A stretch of DNA of 64,000 nt from Octopus vulgaris. Its lineage: Eukaryota. The notes beneath the pieces were generated by a model. The model was not told where the DNA came from, made no database searches, and was given only the letters and a program-made list of their open reading frames with translations. Positions 1-16,191 of the stretch are shown here, in pieces. Where the stretch lies: NCBI GenBank assembly GCA_951406725.2, contig OX597815.1, positions 148,986,001 through 149,050,000 on the forward strand, in the 5' to 3' direction. Made by a program: the position numbers and the translations under genes. The number at the start of each line of letters is the position of its first letter. The first letter of the stretch is position 1.

Positions 1-124
1 CACACTGCCCTGTGGCACTGCCTTGAATGCTTAGACGAATTAATTGACTCCCAGTACTAATTTTACAAGCCTGGTACTTATTCTGGGGGTCCCTTTTGCT
101 GAACCTCTAAGTTACGGGGTTTCA

Positions 125-171
<47 letters not shown>

Positions 172-265
172 CACACACACACACACACACACATATGACG
201 TGGTTCTTTTTAGTTTCCATCTGCTACATCGACTTACAAGTCTTTGGTCAGCTCGAGGATATAGC
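1..265 (-). mobile_element. Decayed tRNA-derived SINE with internal (CA)n
   Basis: Reverse complement matches the SINE at 44600-44990 (ctggtacttattct...ttgctgaacctctaagttacgg; gtttccatctgc...caagtctttggtc). Confidence 0.7.
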
Positions 266-685
266 AGTACGAGATAGAACCGTGAAATCCTAAAGCAATA
301 GGATTTAATTTAATTTTAGATAATGATTATTTAATTGTCGTAGAAATTGTAGCATGATAAATAAGAATTAGACAAATTAAGTCAGAAAATAAAGTTGTCA
401 TTAAAAATAATAATTAAAACTGTTTGAAAAATACTAGTAACATGAGAAATGTATAAAAAAACATGAAAATGTAGATTCCGATGGGAGCATTCTTTACAAG
501 ACAGCAAAGAAACGAAATTGTTATTTAGGTCATATTGTTTGCTGAATGCAACATAAAAGAAATAAAAATTCAGTAGCAAAATTTTGTTATTTAACGGTGC
601 AGTTTAGCAGTTGTTAATCAAGCAATGGGACTTAATCTATCGAATTTTTTATGCTGAACTGCTAATTTAAAGAGACATAAATACA

Positions 686-757
686 GAAAAACCGGTTGCT
701 AAGCGTGTTGATAGCGAAGAAACACAGACACAAAGAAAAACACACAAACACACATAC

Positions 758-810
<53 letters not shown>

Positions 811-1807
811 CAGCTCAGAGAAGAAGAAGAAATGAAACGAAACCAAACGAATCGAATCGAATCGACGCGAAGGCGCTCAGTCATACAATAGTGTAATAAA
901 TTAAATATATGCATACATACAAACATATATGTACGTACCTACATCTACATGTATATATACATGCATATATAAATATATATACTTGTGTACAGGACACCAT
1001 AAATAGACGTATAACTCAACAAGAAACGAAAACGTAAAAACAGCATGGAACGGACCATTCTTTTAACAACGAAAAAACTGAGTACAAGACAACTACACAA
1101 GGAAAAATCCCCTTCATCAGCCGTCCCTAGTTCAACTCCAGCGTGTTTCGAAGGTAAGGACAGAACACGTCTCGCCGAAATAGGCCTTCTTGCGAAAGAA
1201 TTAAATAAAATTCCTTTGCAGAGGGGTAAAAACAAGGAAAAAAAGTGACAAAAACAGGACGTAAAAACAATACAATTAAAAACAAATACAAAATAAAAAT
1301 ACAATTACAAGAAATACAGTACAAGAAGTAATAGAAACACGACAGGAAAACAAATAATGATGGCCTATAAGACTAGACGAGCAAAACATTTTTTCAGGAG
1401 CGCAGGAAGAAACATGCTTACTTGAATAATGCCGCCAGCGAAAGGAAATTTGTAGACCCGGCTGTGAGAGAGATGAGGAGTGAGAGAGAGAGCGATAGAG
1501 AGGAAGGAAGCAAAAGAGGGTGAAAGAAAGAGAGAAGAAGAAGTTATGGAGTTTCGCGTCATAATTATTTATAAAAACCAGCTTAGAGAAGAAGAAGAAA
1601 CGAAACGAAACCAAACGAATCGAATCGACGCGAAGGCACCCAGTCATACAATAGTGTAATAAATAAAATATATGCATACATACAAACTTATATGTATGTA
1701 CCTACATTTACATGTATATATACATGCATATATAAATATATATACGTGTGTACAGGACACCAAATAGGCGTAGAACTCAACGAGAAACGTAAACGTAAAA
1801 ACAGCAT
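686..1807. mobile_element. Partial tandem direct repeat, probable Penelope-like pseudo-LTR module
   Basis: 806-1046 is repeated at 1574-1807 (aaaaccagct.agagaagaagaagaaa.gaaacgaaaccaaacgaatcgaatcgacgcgaaggc...), period about 765 bp, bounded by (TA)n. Confidence 0.55.
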
Positions 1808-2787
1808 ATATATATATATATATGAGGAATTACAACCGTGTTTCGTGTCTGCTATCACAACAGCTCTTTTATAGGATCCAGTTGGCTCAAGACATCATCA
1901 GGAGGAACCACGTCCGGTTTTGGCCCCTACTCCTCTATCATTTTGACGTGGCGCCCCCTCTCTTTCGGAGGTGTCTTCAGCTCTGGTGTTGGGTGCATGT
2001 CTTCTTTCTTCTTTTTTCTGTTCCCTGGCCTCATCGATGTATCGTCAGCGAGTGTCAGCCGGTGACACATATAACATATATATATATATATATATCTATA
2101 TATATTACGTTTAATGAAAACATTCTCCAAAATTAATTGTTCGAAAGAAAAGCGGAGAGAGTACATTTTGTATTCTAAATATAACTCAAAGAGGCGAGAA
2201 AAGAAAGAGGAAATAACAAAGAAGGAGGAGGTGAAAAAAAGGAAGAAAAGGAAAAAGGGGAAAAAAAAAGAAAAAGAAGAAAGACAGGAGAAAATAAAAG
2301 ACGGGAAAAAAGAGAGAGAAAAGAAAAAAAACGTCAGTGATGACCATACCACATATTTTATTTTTTCTTGTAGAGGTCACCATTCTTAAACCCAATTCAA
2401 TACGATGGTAAATGACTAAATATATAAATGAATGGTGAATTGGAGGGTGTCACACTCTCTATCTATCTACGTATCTATCTATCTGACTAACTCTCTCTCT
2501 CTCTATCTATGTATATATCTATCTGTCTAACTCTCTCTCTCTATCTATGTATCTATCTATGCCTAACTCTCTATCTATCTATCTCTAGCAATCAATTAAT
2601 CAATCTCTATCTCTTTCTCTCTCCTCTCTCTCTTTGTATATATATATATATGAATATATATATATATATGTGTGTGTGTGTGCATGTGTGTGTATGTGTG
2701 TGTGTATGTATATATATATATATGTGTGTATATATATATATGTATATTTATATATATATATATATATATGTATATGTATATATATAG

Positions 2788-2937
2788 TTCTATATATGAG
2801 AGATGAGCAATTATGTACATTGTTTACATTATTTACATTTGACGGATATATTTGTCCTCATCTGGTTTGTTGTTAGCACAGCGTTTTGGCTGATATACAC
2901 TCAAGCGTTCTTCAGGTGTCCTGGGGAAATTATTATT

Positions 2938-2995
<58 letters not shown>

Positions 2996-3109
2996 GTATC
3001 GAAAACACCTTAGGAATGAGAACCCAGGTTCGAAATCTCCCCAGGACAGCTGAAGAAGTGTGGAGAGTATATCAGCCAAAACTTTGTGTTAACAACAAAC
3101 AAGATTGTA

Positions 3110-3112
<3 letters not shown>
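2788..3112. mobile_element. Inverted pair of a short hammerhead-bearing repeat around (AAT)n
   Basis: About 2866-2929 is inverted at about 3033-3103. The same family occurs at 43078-43224 and 44115-44195. Each arm carries a decayed CTGAAGA...AAAAC core. Confidence 0.65.
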
Positions 3113-3184
<72 letters not shown>

Positions 3185-3187
3185 TAC

Positions 3188-3249
<62 letters not shown>

Positions 3250-3963
3250 CTGGGGAGAGCCATTCTCTTTTAGTGCTTTATTATTCAACTCACCGGTAAA
3301 GTTTCCATTCTTTTAGTTATTTATTTTCCTAGAATTTCGTTGCGTCTTGCAACCTTTTCAATAGTCGTTGACACTATCCCTTATCCGAGCTGCGTTATTT
3401 TTCTTTGTTTGTGCCCATGTGTATGGGTCAGTGTATGTGCGGATACATATGTATGTATGCATCCACATGTGTGTATGCATGCATGTGTGTATGCATATGT
3501 ATATGTATATGTATGTATGCATCCATCTGTGTGTATGTATGTGTGTGTATGCATATGCATATGGGTATGTATATGTGTACGTTTGTGCGTATAGGTTCTG
3601 CATATTCATGTTAACATATTCGTGTCTGTGTGCGTGTGTTTTTCATCTGTATGTGTGTACTTCTAACTCCTTGAGTGTGCATGTCTAAGTGTGACTTTGT
3701 ATGTATTTTTGACTATGTATAGATGTGTTACTCCATATATTTCCTTGTGTGAAGGAGATGTTGTTTTGTGCTGGATGGAGGTGCTGGACTCCCCCTTTGA
3801 AACATATAAGAAAACATATATTGTGTCGTATAGCTAGCTGGAAACAAATGTTTTCTGAGGCTAAACAACTGCAACAGTCATCCCTTTCAGAACAGCCACA
3901 TAATGTTGGCAAATAGTATTTACATCCATCCATCCATACATACATCCATCCATCCATACATAC

Positions 3964-4059
<96 letters not shown>

Positions 4060-4349
4060 CATTAAATTAAAATTGAGGGAATGGAGCAGGTAAAATATAG
4101 GATCGAGGCTACATATGTTTCATTGCAGAACATAAGTAATGGATACACTGATTTTATGTTTTTTGTTAAATTGAAGTTTCCGTTTAAAGTGAATGTTCCT
4201 AAACACCTTTTTGTTTTGGTTAAGGCAGAATCTTAAATTGGTCGTTATTTAGTTCCTATTGTTATGATCTAAAATTTCTTCCGGTGAAATTTACGAATTA
4301 CAATAGCATGCATTTAAAAATAAAAGCGTCACACACATATACTTAGAAA

Positions 4350-6294
<1,945 letters not shown>

Positions 6295-9200
6295 TATATG
6301 TATATATGCACATATACATAAACACGCACTCACACACACATACATGTACAGACCCGCATTTGTGTGTTTGATATATCTTGTCTTATGTCAATACTTAGAA
6401 ATTTAGCCCTCCGAGATATTTACCGATTACGAACTTGGCGAAACCTTGTCAGTTTAGTATCAATTTACATGCACCTTAGTATCAACTTACTTCTACATCC
6501 GAATCATCCATTTGATGCTTTATTTTACGAATATAAGATATTTGAATAGAAGGAGATATGTGACTGAAGTATAACAGTAAATCAAAATTTAAAGTGCATG
6601 TTATATTTATGAGGTTTAATTTTCTTCTAATCAAGAAGAGATGTGTACAGCTTTTTATATCCCTTGAGGTGAGTGTTTGTCGATAAGACAAAGCCTTCAT
6701 TCTAAACGACCTACTAATGGTGAAAATTGCTAAATGTAGTGTTGTAATATCAGAACAAGAAATAATTAATTAACCACAGCTATATAAGTCTAATAACTAC
6801 CAATTTGAAAGATTTAAATAGGAACACACATTATATAAGAATCGTGAGAGCAGATTTTCCTGTAAAGCAGTGATTAAAAGACCCCTTATAAGTATACATT
6901 GAAATACAACTTCCTCTGGAAACACGAAAATGTAGAAACTTAAAAATAATTCGAACACAGAAACAACACATTTAGATGGCTCTTTGTCTGTCATTATAAT
7001 CTTGCCGTTTTATAATATCGTCAACATGATTTATTGGTTTCTAATTTCCTATCATCAACTCCACAATTTCCTACATAATGCAAGTTCATTGAGTATCATG
7101 AAATTGAGCGTCTAATTCCGAAAAATATATTAGCCAAATCATTTCATATAAACTCTAATTAATTTATTTTCTTATCTTAAAATGATCTGCATCAGTACAT
7201 TTAAATCTACTCCATAGACCATATTAAATTTTAAAATTTAATTTTCGAGTATTAAACAAGGATTTTAAAATAATTTTCGTAATGTAATCAATTTCCTGTT
7301 GACATTATCCACCTAAATCACAGCGTAATTTCAACCACTATCGGTGTAACAGCACCGTTTAAATACACAAACAGCTTTTCACTTGATTTTTTGTGGTCTT
7401 AATCGCTTTTCCTTATTTTTGTATTAACCAAACAAACAAAACCTAAATAAAAATTTCGTTTCGTTTCTCCATTTCAGTCGTTATTTCCGTCTGAATCCGT
7501 AATCTCTTGTTTCTTTTTCGTTTCTTCTTCCTAAAATTACTAATATTTTCTCTTTTCGTTTTAATTATCATTTTTAAAAGTCTGATTTATTTCTAACTAA
7601 ATATGTATAAATTCTTTTTTATCTTACAACAATTTCCACTGCGAGTAAATCATAATTACTTAAAATCAGTTTTCATCCTTTTGTTTTAATATTTTTTTTA
7701 CGAGACTTAATCCTTTAGTCCATTTTAGTTTATCGATCTAAGATTTTTTTAATACTAATTTTAATTTGCTTCTGTAAAATGCATCTTTTAAAACCAGTGA
7801 TATTTGCTACAAATTTATTCGACTTTTTCTCTACTTTTGCTAAAGATAATTCAAACGAAAAACTTGAAAAACCTGAAAATTTGGAAATTATAAGGAGATA
7901 CCGAAAGATAATCAACTCTTTTAAAATTATACTTTAATAGGTTTATGCCAGTCCGTATCTATTCCTTTATATGCTCAAATATTAAAAGATTATTCCAATA
8001 TATTCTATGAAATTCTGATAGTAAGTACGTTATTTTTGTAATCCGAACAGGTAAATAATATTAAATTCAAAAAAGTAGTTTATAAGCCCTTCAGAATTTT
8101 TATTTCAATAATTATGAAATTAATTGGAAATTTAAGAGTATGATAACCATGTTAATATTATACAACGTAATAGACTAACGTCGGTTTCACCTGTCTTTAA
8201 GTATGAAACTTACTCTGCCCCTGGGTAATATTTCTATAAAAATCGCATTCATCTGCCTTATAAAATATCTCCAGTGATATAACCCTTGATGGGTAAGATA
8301 TCTGCGATTTTGAAATTGATCTTTAGTTGGATTTCATTTGAATTTGTAAAGACCTGTGCAATGAATAAATTATTTTATGGTTAGTAACATATTATATTAA
8401 TATGAGCAAAACACTTGGTTCTCTATCTTAACTTTCTCGACATTTCAGCCAATCAATGCACTTGTATCACTGCTTCCTATTTATATCTGATACCGTCCAA
8501 TTATTTACTGCTCACTCTGTCGCAATGAAGAACTGGAAAATCGAAACTAATCATTCTGTTTCCTGTTTTTACTAAATTTTCTTCTTCGCATCTCAATCAA
8601 AATCGTTTCTGTTAGTGAACTACTAACACATATGTCATCGCACTTCTTTCTCTTTTAATCTAACGAATAATTTTACGTTTGTATATCATATAATTAGATG
8701 AATATTGCATTAACACCGGAATTATTTTCTTCTTTTCCTATTTTATAAATTAAAACATTAGAAAACCAAGAGCAGCATATTGATTGCAATTTATAGCTTC
8801 CGAAGTACGCCGTAATTACTGAGGTCAGAACTAGAATTTTTACCAGGTTTTTTTGTTAATTAAATAAATGAATACCTTAATATTTTATCATTTATTTGCT
8901 GAGACTGAAGCAAACTGCAATCTTTATCATAAAGTTCTACATACATATATACATACATACTTATATACACACACATGGTAATTGCGCCAACTTCACAGAC
9001 GATAGCCATCTCCTTGTGTTTCCTCGTTGTCAATGGCATTTTGGTCTTTCTGTTTGTGAACTTTCAGATGATTATTCAGTCTCGCTGCTATGTAATTTCA
9101 GATGATTACGTCTGCATATGATGCTACTTCACCATTGCCATAAATCTTTCCGTAGATGGAATGACAAATCAGAAAAAAATGTCGTTATAAAGAAACATTT

Positions 9201-9519
9201 ATACACCCACGGATTATGGTGATAAACTTTTGCACAACACGAGTACGACTCTCAGAATATCTGTAATTATTACCTAGAAAAAGGGTGAAGGAAGGTGACC
9301 AGTAAGCGCGCGCAACCGAAGGTTTAACATCAGTGCTCCCCACCTGGAAGAAAACAGTGTCAACTGTTTTCTTCTAGGTTTGTATTTGCATGTTATTAAT
9401 AATGCATAGTTGACACGCTGTCAAGCGCTGTTGCTCCGAGAGTAAGAGCACAAAAATCAGTGACAAACTACAACCCTAACAAATTTATCTATCTTCTTAC
9501 CCTCTAACAAGATTTATTT

Positions 9520-9607
9520 ATGCAGCTGAGGATTGCTCTGCATTTAAATTGATGTAGTGATTGCATTGTTCAATTAAATGGAGACTCTTGAAACGGTTGT
9601 ATTGCAT
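9520..9607 (+). ncRNA. Type I hammerhead ribozyme motif
   Basis: ATGCAG-CTGAGGA-[stem II, weak at base]-GAA-AC GGTT GT-A-TTGCAT; GUA cleavage triplet. Confidence 0.6.
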
Positions 9608-9654
9608 CACCTCTGCATATCCTGTTGCTTATTTTGATTATATATATACATATA

Positions 9655-9890
9655 TACTTATGTTCCTTTATTCTTTAACTTGTTTCAGTTATTTCATTGC
9701 GGCTATGGTGGAGCACCTCCTTAATGGGACATATCGTCAAAGAAATCACCCCCAGGACTTATTCTTTGTAAGCCCATTACTTATTCTGCTGATCACTTTT
9801 GCTGAACTGCTAGTTTAGAGGGACGTAAACACACCAGCATCTGTTGTCGAGCAACGGTGTGGAGAACAAACATAGACACAAAGACACACT
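9655..9890 (-). mobile_element. SINE 3' half
   Basis: ttaacttgtttcagttattt...gcggctatggtggagcacc...ttgctgaactgcta...gacgtaaacacacca; same family as 44600-44990. Confidence 0.75.
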
Positions 9891-9961
9891 CACATATATA
9901 TATATATATATATATATTCTATAGTTTCAAGCCAGATCTGCCGCCATGCTGATGCATCACC

Positions 9962-10016
<55 letters not shown>

Positions 10017-10022
<6 letters not shown>

Positions 10023-10303
10023 CTAATGTAGGATAAAATTTTTTTCGGGAAGAAAATTTCATCAATGGCCAGCATATCAAAAAATACCTTTAAAGGTTAA
10101 ATTTATAAATAATGTACAAGATAAGGGCAAAAAAAAAAATTCTAACGTCAAATATGCCGGAACAAAAATTGTCAATAACCATTATAATTTACGTATCTCG
10201 AAAACAAACCGATAGAAATGTAACCTTTAAAGGTTTTTTTTTTATATACTGGCTATTGATGAAATTTTTTTCCCGAAAAAAATGTTATCCTACATTAGTT
10301 ATA
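10017..10303. mobile_element. MITE-like element with about 85-bp terminal inverted repeats
   Basis: aactaatgtaggataaaatttttttcggga...cctttaaaggtta is inverted as taacctttaaagg...tcccgaaaaaaatgttatcctacattagtt; TA flanks. Confidence 0.75.
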
Positions 10304-10730
10304 AATTGAATAGTGTTCAGTTCCGGATTATATCATTCTGTGAAAGTTTCTAGTTCGAATCACACGTGTCTCGCGATGTGCCGAAGATTTTCTATTTTGG
10401 ATATATTTGGGGTACTTAGGTCTGCTAAGGACTTAGTGCTTGCTTTTTCCATGTGTATGACTAAGTATTTCACTTATATCTCGCGTATTTGCCGCTGAAG
10501 AGGAGAAAATTCTTATGAATTAACTCCGAAAAACGAACAGTAAGCATAGATATTGTGTTTAGAGCCAGCTAGAGATGAAGATCTCTTGGGGCTATAAAGC
10601 TACAGTAACATCCCCTCCCCAATGTGGTTAGCCATGATAAGATGGCTTCTATACTTTACAATATATATAAATATATATATATAAACGGCGGTGCGTCAGC
10701 ATGGCCGCAGATCTGACCTGAAACTGCACA

Positions 10731-10802
<72 letters not shown>

Positions 10803-10831
10803 AAAATGTGTTTCATATATGAGTACATATA

Positions 10832-11636
10832 CAGGTTGCGGTAAAGAAATTGTCGTCTAAATCGAGCAAACATAAAAATAAGTCTCACATCTCATTTTAA
10901 CAGATATATGTACCGAAAATACATAAAAGTTATATTAAAATATCTTGAAATAGGAAATAATAAATTTATTCAATAAAATCATCATTGGGTTTAACCACGA
11001 CTGCAAGAAAACTTCAGAATCTCCTGTAACACTTCCTGACTCTCTCCTTATTAAAGTTGGTGAATACTTCTATAACCCTTGCCTTTAGTTCATCTTTGGT
11101 GTTACAAGGAATTTTGTTGGTCTCTCGCTTAACTGCACCCCACACAATGGGGTTTCAGTTAGGTGGTCAGATGTTAATGATGTTGTGGTCGCAGAAATTG
11201 TCTGACAACCATGACCTGGTTCTCCTGCGTGTGTGTCCTGGTGCACAGTCCTGTTGCTACGCAAATGTTTTCCAACAGCCACGCTCTTGACCCAGGGCAC
11301 CACTACCTCCTCCACGCAGACGATCAGACTGAAATTTCCGAGCTGCCGTGCTTTTGTAATCACCATTAGACCCACTCAACTTTTGCCGAATTATTTGCAC
11401 TCTCCTCAGATTGACATCAAAAAGCTCTCAAGTGTAGTTAATTGAGCTTCCGGCGCGAATGAATAGAAGTGCAACATGTCGTTTCAAAATTTCAGGCAGA
11501 ATGAATTGCGTAAAAATGCTTTTTTTTCTCACAATTGACTCTACTATACTGTGTTGTCGACAACTTCAAAAGGAGCCTGCGCATGTGTGCAATTGAAAAT
11601 AAAAGAAAATGTCGGCAGTTTACAGGATGCACCCTG
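10832..11636 (-). mobile_element. Internally deleted Tc1/mariner (maT/DD37D-like) element
   Basis: TA|cagg...cctg|TA ends. Minus-strand remnants EEVVVPWVK, QQDCAPGHT, VWGAVKRETNKIPCNTKDELKARV...DFIE*. Confidence 0.7.
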
Positions 11637-11655
11637 TATATATATATATATATAT

Positions 11656-11752
<97 letters not shown>

Positions 11753-12807
11753 TTCTTACAACGCACTTAGATATTTGTAATTAAGTAGAAATAAATATAT
11801 ATCGGACGTCCGTGATTTATATTTATACTAATCGCATCATTACTTATTTTTATATGTAAATATTTTATCTTAAGGTCTTTGTATCAGGAATATTATATAT
11901 AATATGACACTAAAAATAGTACACAACAATCATAGAACAAGAAACCAAAATATATAAAACTATGTTATGAAGATAATAAAATGACTTGTCTTCCATATAA
12001 TGTTTATATCATGGATGTTTATGCGATAGTAGAGTCAATCTTCTGTAAATCGTATATCTACTAACCATAATTTTGCTTTTTTTATTCTCAGGAGATTATA
12101 TAGGCACAAAATATATATTGGTGAACCCAAAATAATTGCATAAAATAATGCGGTAAAACCAGTATTGTGGTAAGTACGTAATTTTTAGGATTTTCATATT
12201 TAATCTGAAAAACGTAGGCAAATTAAAATAGCATATTCAGCATAAAGCTAACGTTTGTTTATTTCTCATAGAATACATAACATTGGACTATTTTGTAAAT
12301 TGAGACGTACGTAGTTTTCTGAAAAAGCTGTTAATTCATATTGCATGATTAGGCTTATAAATTCCATTATGATTTTGATCCTGTCATCCGGATGGCCACA
12401 ACTAAAGAACAATACCATGAAAATCAGCAAAAATATTCCGATATTCTTTCATTTGTATAGAAGCATTCAATAAACCCGTGTATTACATGAGCTTCAGTTC
12501 TCCATGTGTTTCTTTCTCTTTAAAAGTATTAATGTCCAAAATCAAATATTAACGTGTTCGAACCAAGAATGCGATAACTAATTCGTTACAATTTTGCGCA
12601 TTTGCAGACAGTTTGGCTATATTCATTGAAATACATTTAATGATTAAAGAAATAAGAAAAATCAGTCACGTATCTATATTTCAATAATGAATCCATCAAG
12701 CATTATATAAATCCTAAATTCCTCATATAAAAGATTATTTTTATGAGCTAAACACACAGTAAAATATTGTACCTCTCATTAGATCTATCACACTATATCT
12801 CCAAGAT

Positions 12808-13925
12808 ATGAGGGTGTACGAAGACCCCCACCTCGGAATTTTGCAATATTATTTTTTCAACTTACTTCAACATGTTTACACTTTCATCGCTTTTAAAGTA
12901 TTCTCCATTTGAAGCAATGCATCGGTCCAGACGATATTTTCAACCCTCGAAGCAGTCTCTTACGACATGATGCCTTTGAACTCACCCCACGTGTCTTTCT
13001 TCACCTCTTCCACATTTGCAAAACGTTTTCCTTTAAGTACTTTTTCATTCGGTGGAGCAAAAACAAAAACTCGTAAGGAGCACGATCGGATGAAGAGGGA
13101 GTATGGGTATGCGATGTCAGACCATTTTAGTAAAAAACTGTTTCATACCCAAGACAGGGTGTGCAGGCGCATTGTCGCAATGAAATCACCACTCCATTTT
13201 ACCACATAAAACGACATCGTTTGACTTTGGACTTTACTTGACGCGCTTCTTGGGGGCGTATTGGCATTAAATGCTTCTATTGACTTAATTGCTGCTTCGT
13301 TTCCGGGTCTTAGCCGTAGCACCAGATTTCAATACCAGTGATAACCTTTGGAAAAAGGTCCGAATGAACTTCTGTTCTTTCAGTTTACGGTATAGATACA
13401 TTCGTGACTACTTTTGATCTTCTATGGTCAAGCGAGGCACAAATTTGGCTGCAACTCTTTTCATTCACCATTCCTCGCTCAAAATTCGTTGGCAGAAGCT
13501 CCAGGAAACACCAGTCATATCAACAATTTAGTATATTGTTCGGCGACGGTCCTCTAAGCTCAGTTCATGAATTTTTATGATGTTTTCATTCGTTCGGGAG
13601 GTCGACGGTCGCCCTTAACATGGTTGGACTTCAAGCGACAACTGACCATTCATAAACCGTGAAAACCACTAGTGTACTCGTAAGCTGTTTTCCCGCATAA
13701 TATAAAATTTCACAAAAGCATGCTATTCCATCGTTTGAGTCATCACAAAAATCGACGAAAAAGAGATAAGCAGTGCTAAACAATGAGGCACCACGTGGTA
13801 GTTTTACTGCAACCGATGACTCCCATCGGCAGACTGATACCTGAGCATCACATCAAGTGGCTTCTAGCGGCGGAGGTCTGAACTACTCCTGGCTTTTCCC
13901 AGAGAATATTTCCGGTTACTTAGTG
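12808..13925 (-). mobile_element. Highly decayed mariner transposon
   Basis: Minus strand near 13270-13345 reads VITGIEIWCYG*DPETKQQLSQ*K, the mariner TGDETW..YDPETK motif. Boundaries approximate. Confidence 0.7.
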
Positions 13926-14900
13926 TCGGCAAACCTTGGCTGAATGTTTAATAAATACACATCAAATCACACCTACGAAACGAATCAGAATAGACATTTA
14001 ACACCAGCGAAAATATCTGACCCTACACATATGCAGATTTCGTTACTTATTCATATTTGGCTGCATTTTCTGACAGCTGCACACAAATAATACAGTGACT
14101 GAAAAAGGTTATTCAGGAACTTCTATATGTTAGAGGAATAAAACATAAAGACAATTTTTAAATTGAGAGAAGTGACACTGAATCAAGATAATCATTTGCT
14201 CTCTTTCTCTATGTTTCCCCCCCTCTCTCTCTCATTATCAACAAATTTCTTCCAATTTTACGCTTGTGCAAATACAAGAACAAGTATATATTCTACAAAA
14301 TGTTAGCAATTTCTACATTTTTTGAAATAATCTGGTATGATATCAATTCACCTTTATGAAAACTAAGGAATATATTGATCATATCTCTTTGATATGCTTT
14401 TTTCAGAAATACAACATATCTTTTTACAATCTTTCAAGAGAAAGTTTCAATCCATCAATGGCTTTATTACGATAAATATTACATTTTTGATTTCCCATTA
14501 TCCTGCAGCGATTCTGCTGTTCTGATTTATCAGTTTAATCTTTCATTAGATCCGCAAAGCAAAGGAACGTGTTTCTTTTTATTTGAAATTAGTATATTAC
14601 ATCAATCCTATGATACTCCTTATCTTTAGGTTTCATCTTTGCTTTCGGTTTCGGATTCTTTTTACTTAGAAGTCTTAAATTTATTTTTTACTTAGAATAG
14701 AAACACAGGGAAACTTTATTGAAATTTTGCTCGCAAGTTTTCTATCTTTACGGGAATTTTAGCACATGATCGAATAAAGTTCTATGAGCAATTTAACGTT
14801 TCGATTTAACTACCAAATATTGTTTAAAACAGTCTATAAGTTAATTATTTAATTTTAACTCGATTTCAGGCATACATACATACATGCAAACACACACACA

Positions 14901-14954
<54 letters not shown>

Positions 14955-14960
<6 letters not shown>

Positions 14961-15197
14961 TTAGAGATAAAACCACTATTAGGCAAATCAAACAATGAAA
15001 AACATAAGCCAATACATAAAATTAATTAATTTATATTATTTTAAATATATATCAAAAGTATTAAAAGTTTATCTTTTATTAAACTTTTAATACTTTTGAT
15101 ATATATTTAAAATAATATAAATTAATTAATTTTATGTATTGGCTTATGTTTCTCATTGTTTGATTTGCCTAATAGTGGTTTTATCTCTAATTTAATA
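14955..15197. repeat. AT-rich inverted repeat (about 115-bp arms, short spacer), probable fold-back end of a Penelope-like element
   Basis: attaaattagagataaaaccactattaggc...aaaagttt / aaactttt...gcctaatagtggttttatctctaatttaat. Confidence 0.85.
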
Positions 15198-15431
15198 TAT
15201 GATATAATATATTTATACTATATAATTGGATTTAATCCCAAATCTGATTTTTCCCTGTAAGTTTGGATTTATTCCCTAATATTTTATTATATATATATAT
15301 ATGTACATCGTGTAAATTATTTAGTGTGAATAATATATAGTCTATTAACTATTTTTGTGCTAGGCCACTGGTAATAATAATTTCTATAATTTTACACTAA
15401 TATTATTTATTATGTTTATACACACACACAC

Positions 15432-15505
<74 letters not shown>

Positions 15506-16191
15506 CTCCTACACACACTTTCTCTATACTTCACTAGTCTCTGTCTTTCTCACTTTGCACCTCACTGACCCTGCCTTTCTGTTGTCAAGCCAATCCTTGG
15601 CACGCTCTCTTTCTTCTCCCCTCTTTAATTCCTTCTTTTTCTCTCTTCTCCCTCTTTTTGGTGCCTTTGTCCTTCTTTTTCTCTCTCTCTCTCTCTTTGA
15701 TTCCTTTGCCTCTTTTTCTCTCTCTCTCTCTTTGATTCCTTTGCCTCTTTTTCTCTCTCTTCTCCTCTCACGTGACCGCCGGACAACTAGCCTTTCGGCT
15801 TCTGAGCACCGCCACGACAACATTGACTACTTCGTCTGCCGTAAGGCATTATTTTCCAAATAGGCCAGCCAAGCTAAGTTGAACTGTCTAAAGTCGAAAG
15901 ACAACCATTGTTTTTCTCCTCTTATTATTATTATTATTGTTTTTTGTATTTATATTCGTGTGGCATCTTCCATTTTTCTGTCCTTGTTTCGTATACATTC
16001 GATCCTTTTTCCAAGAAATCTAATGCTCGTAGCTTAGTTTTTCCTTGGGGCTGGCCGGATCGGAGCGATCTCAAGATTAATCAGCCGAAATTGCTGAAGA
16101 CTGAAGATTAGAGACTTCGAATGACGCGTCCGTTTCTTGTGTCGTCTATTTGAATGTTTTGCGTTCTTGTATATATATTTTTATACATACA

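Noticed and set aside
1100-1165. Minus-strand GAAAC...CTGATGA in type II order
   Set aside because: Stems I and III could not be formed convincingly.
1825-1905. Minus-strand CTGATGA-TGTCT...AGACA-CGAAAC hammerhead-like core
   Set aside because: Stem II fits, but no stem I partner or valid cleavage triplet could be placed; at best a rearranged remnant.
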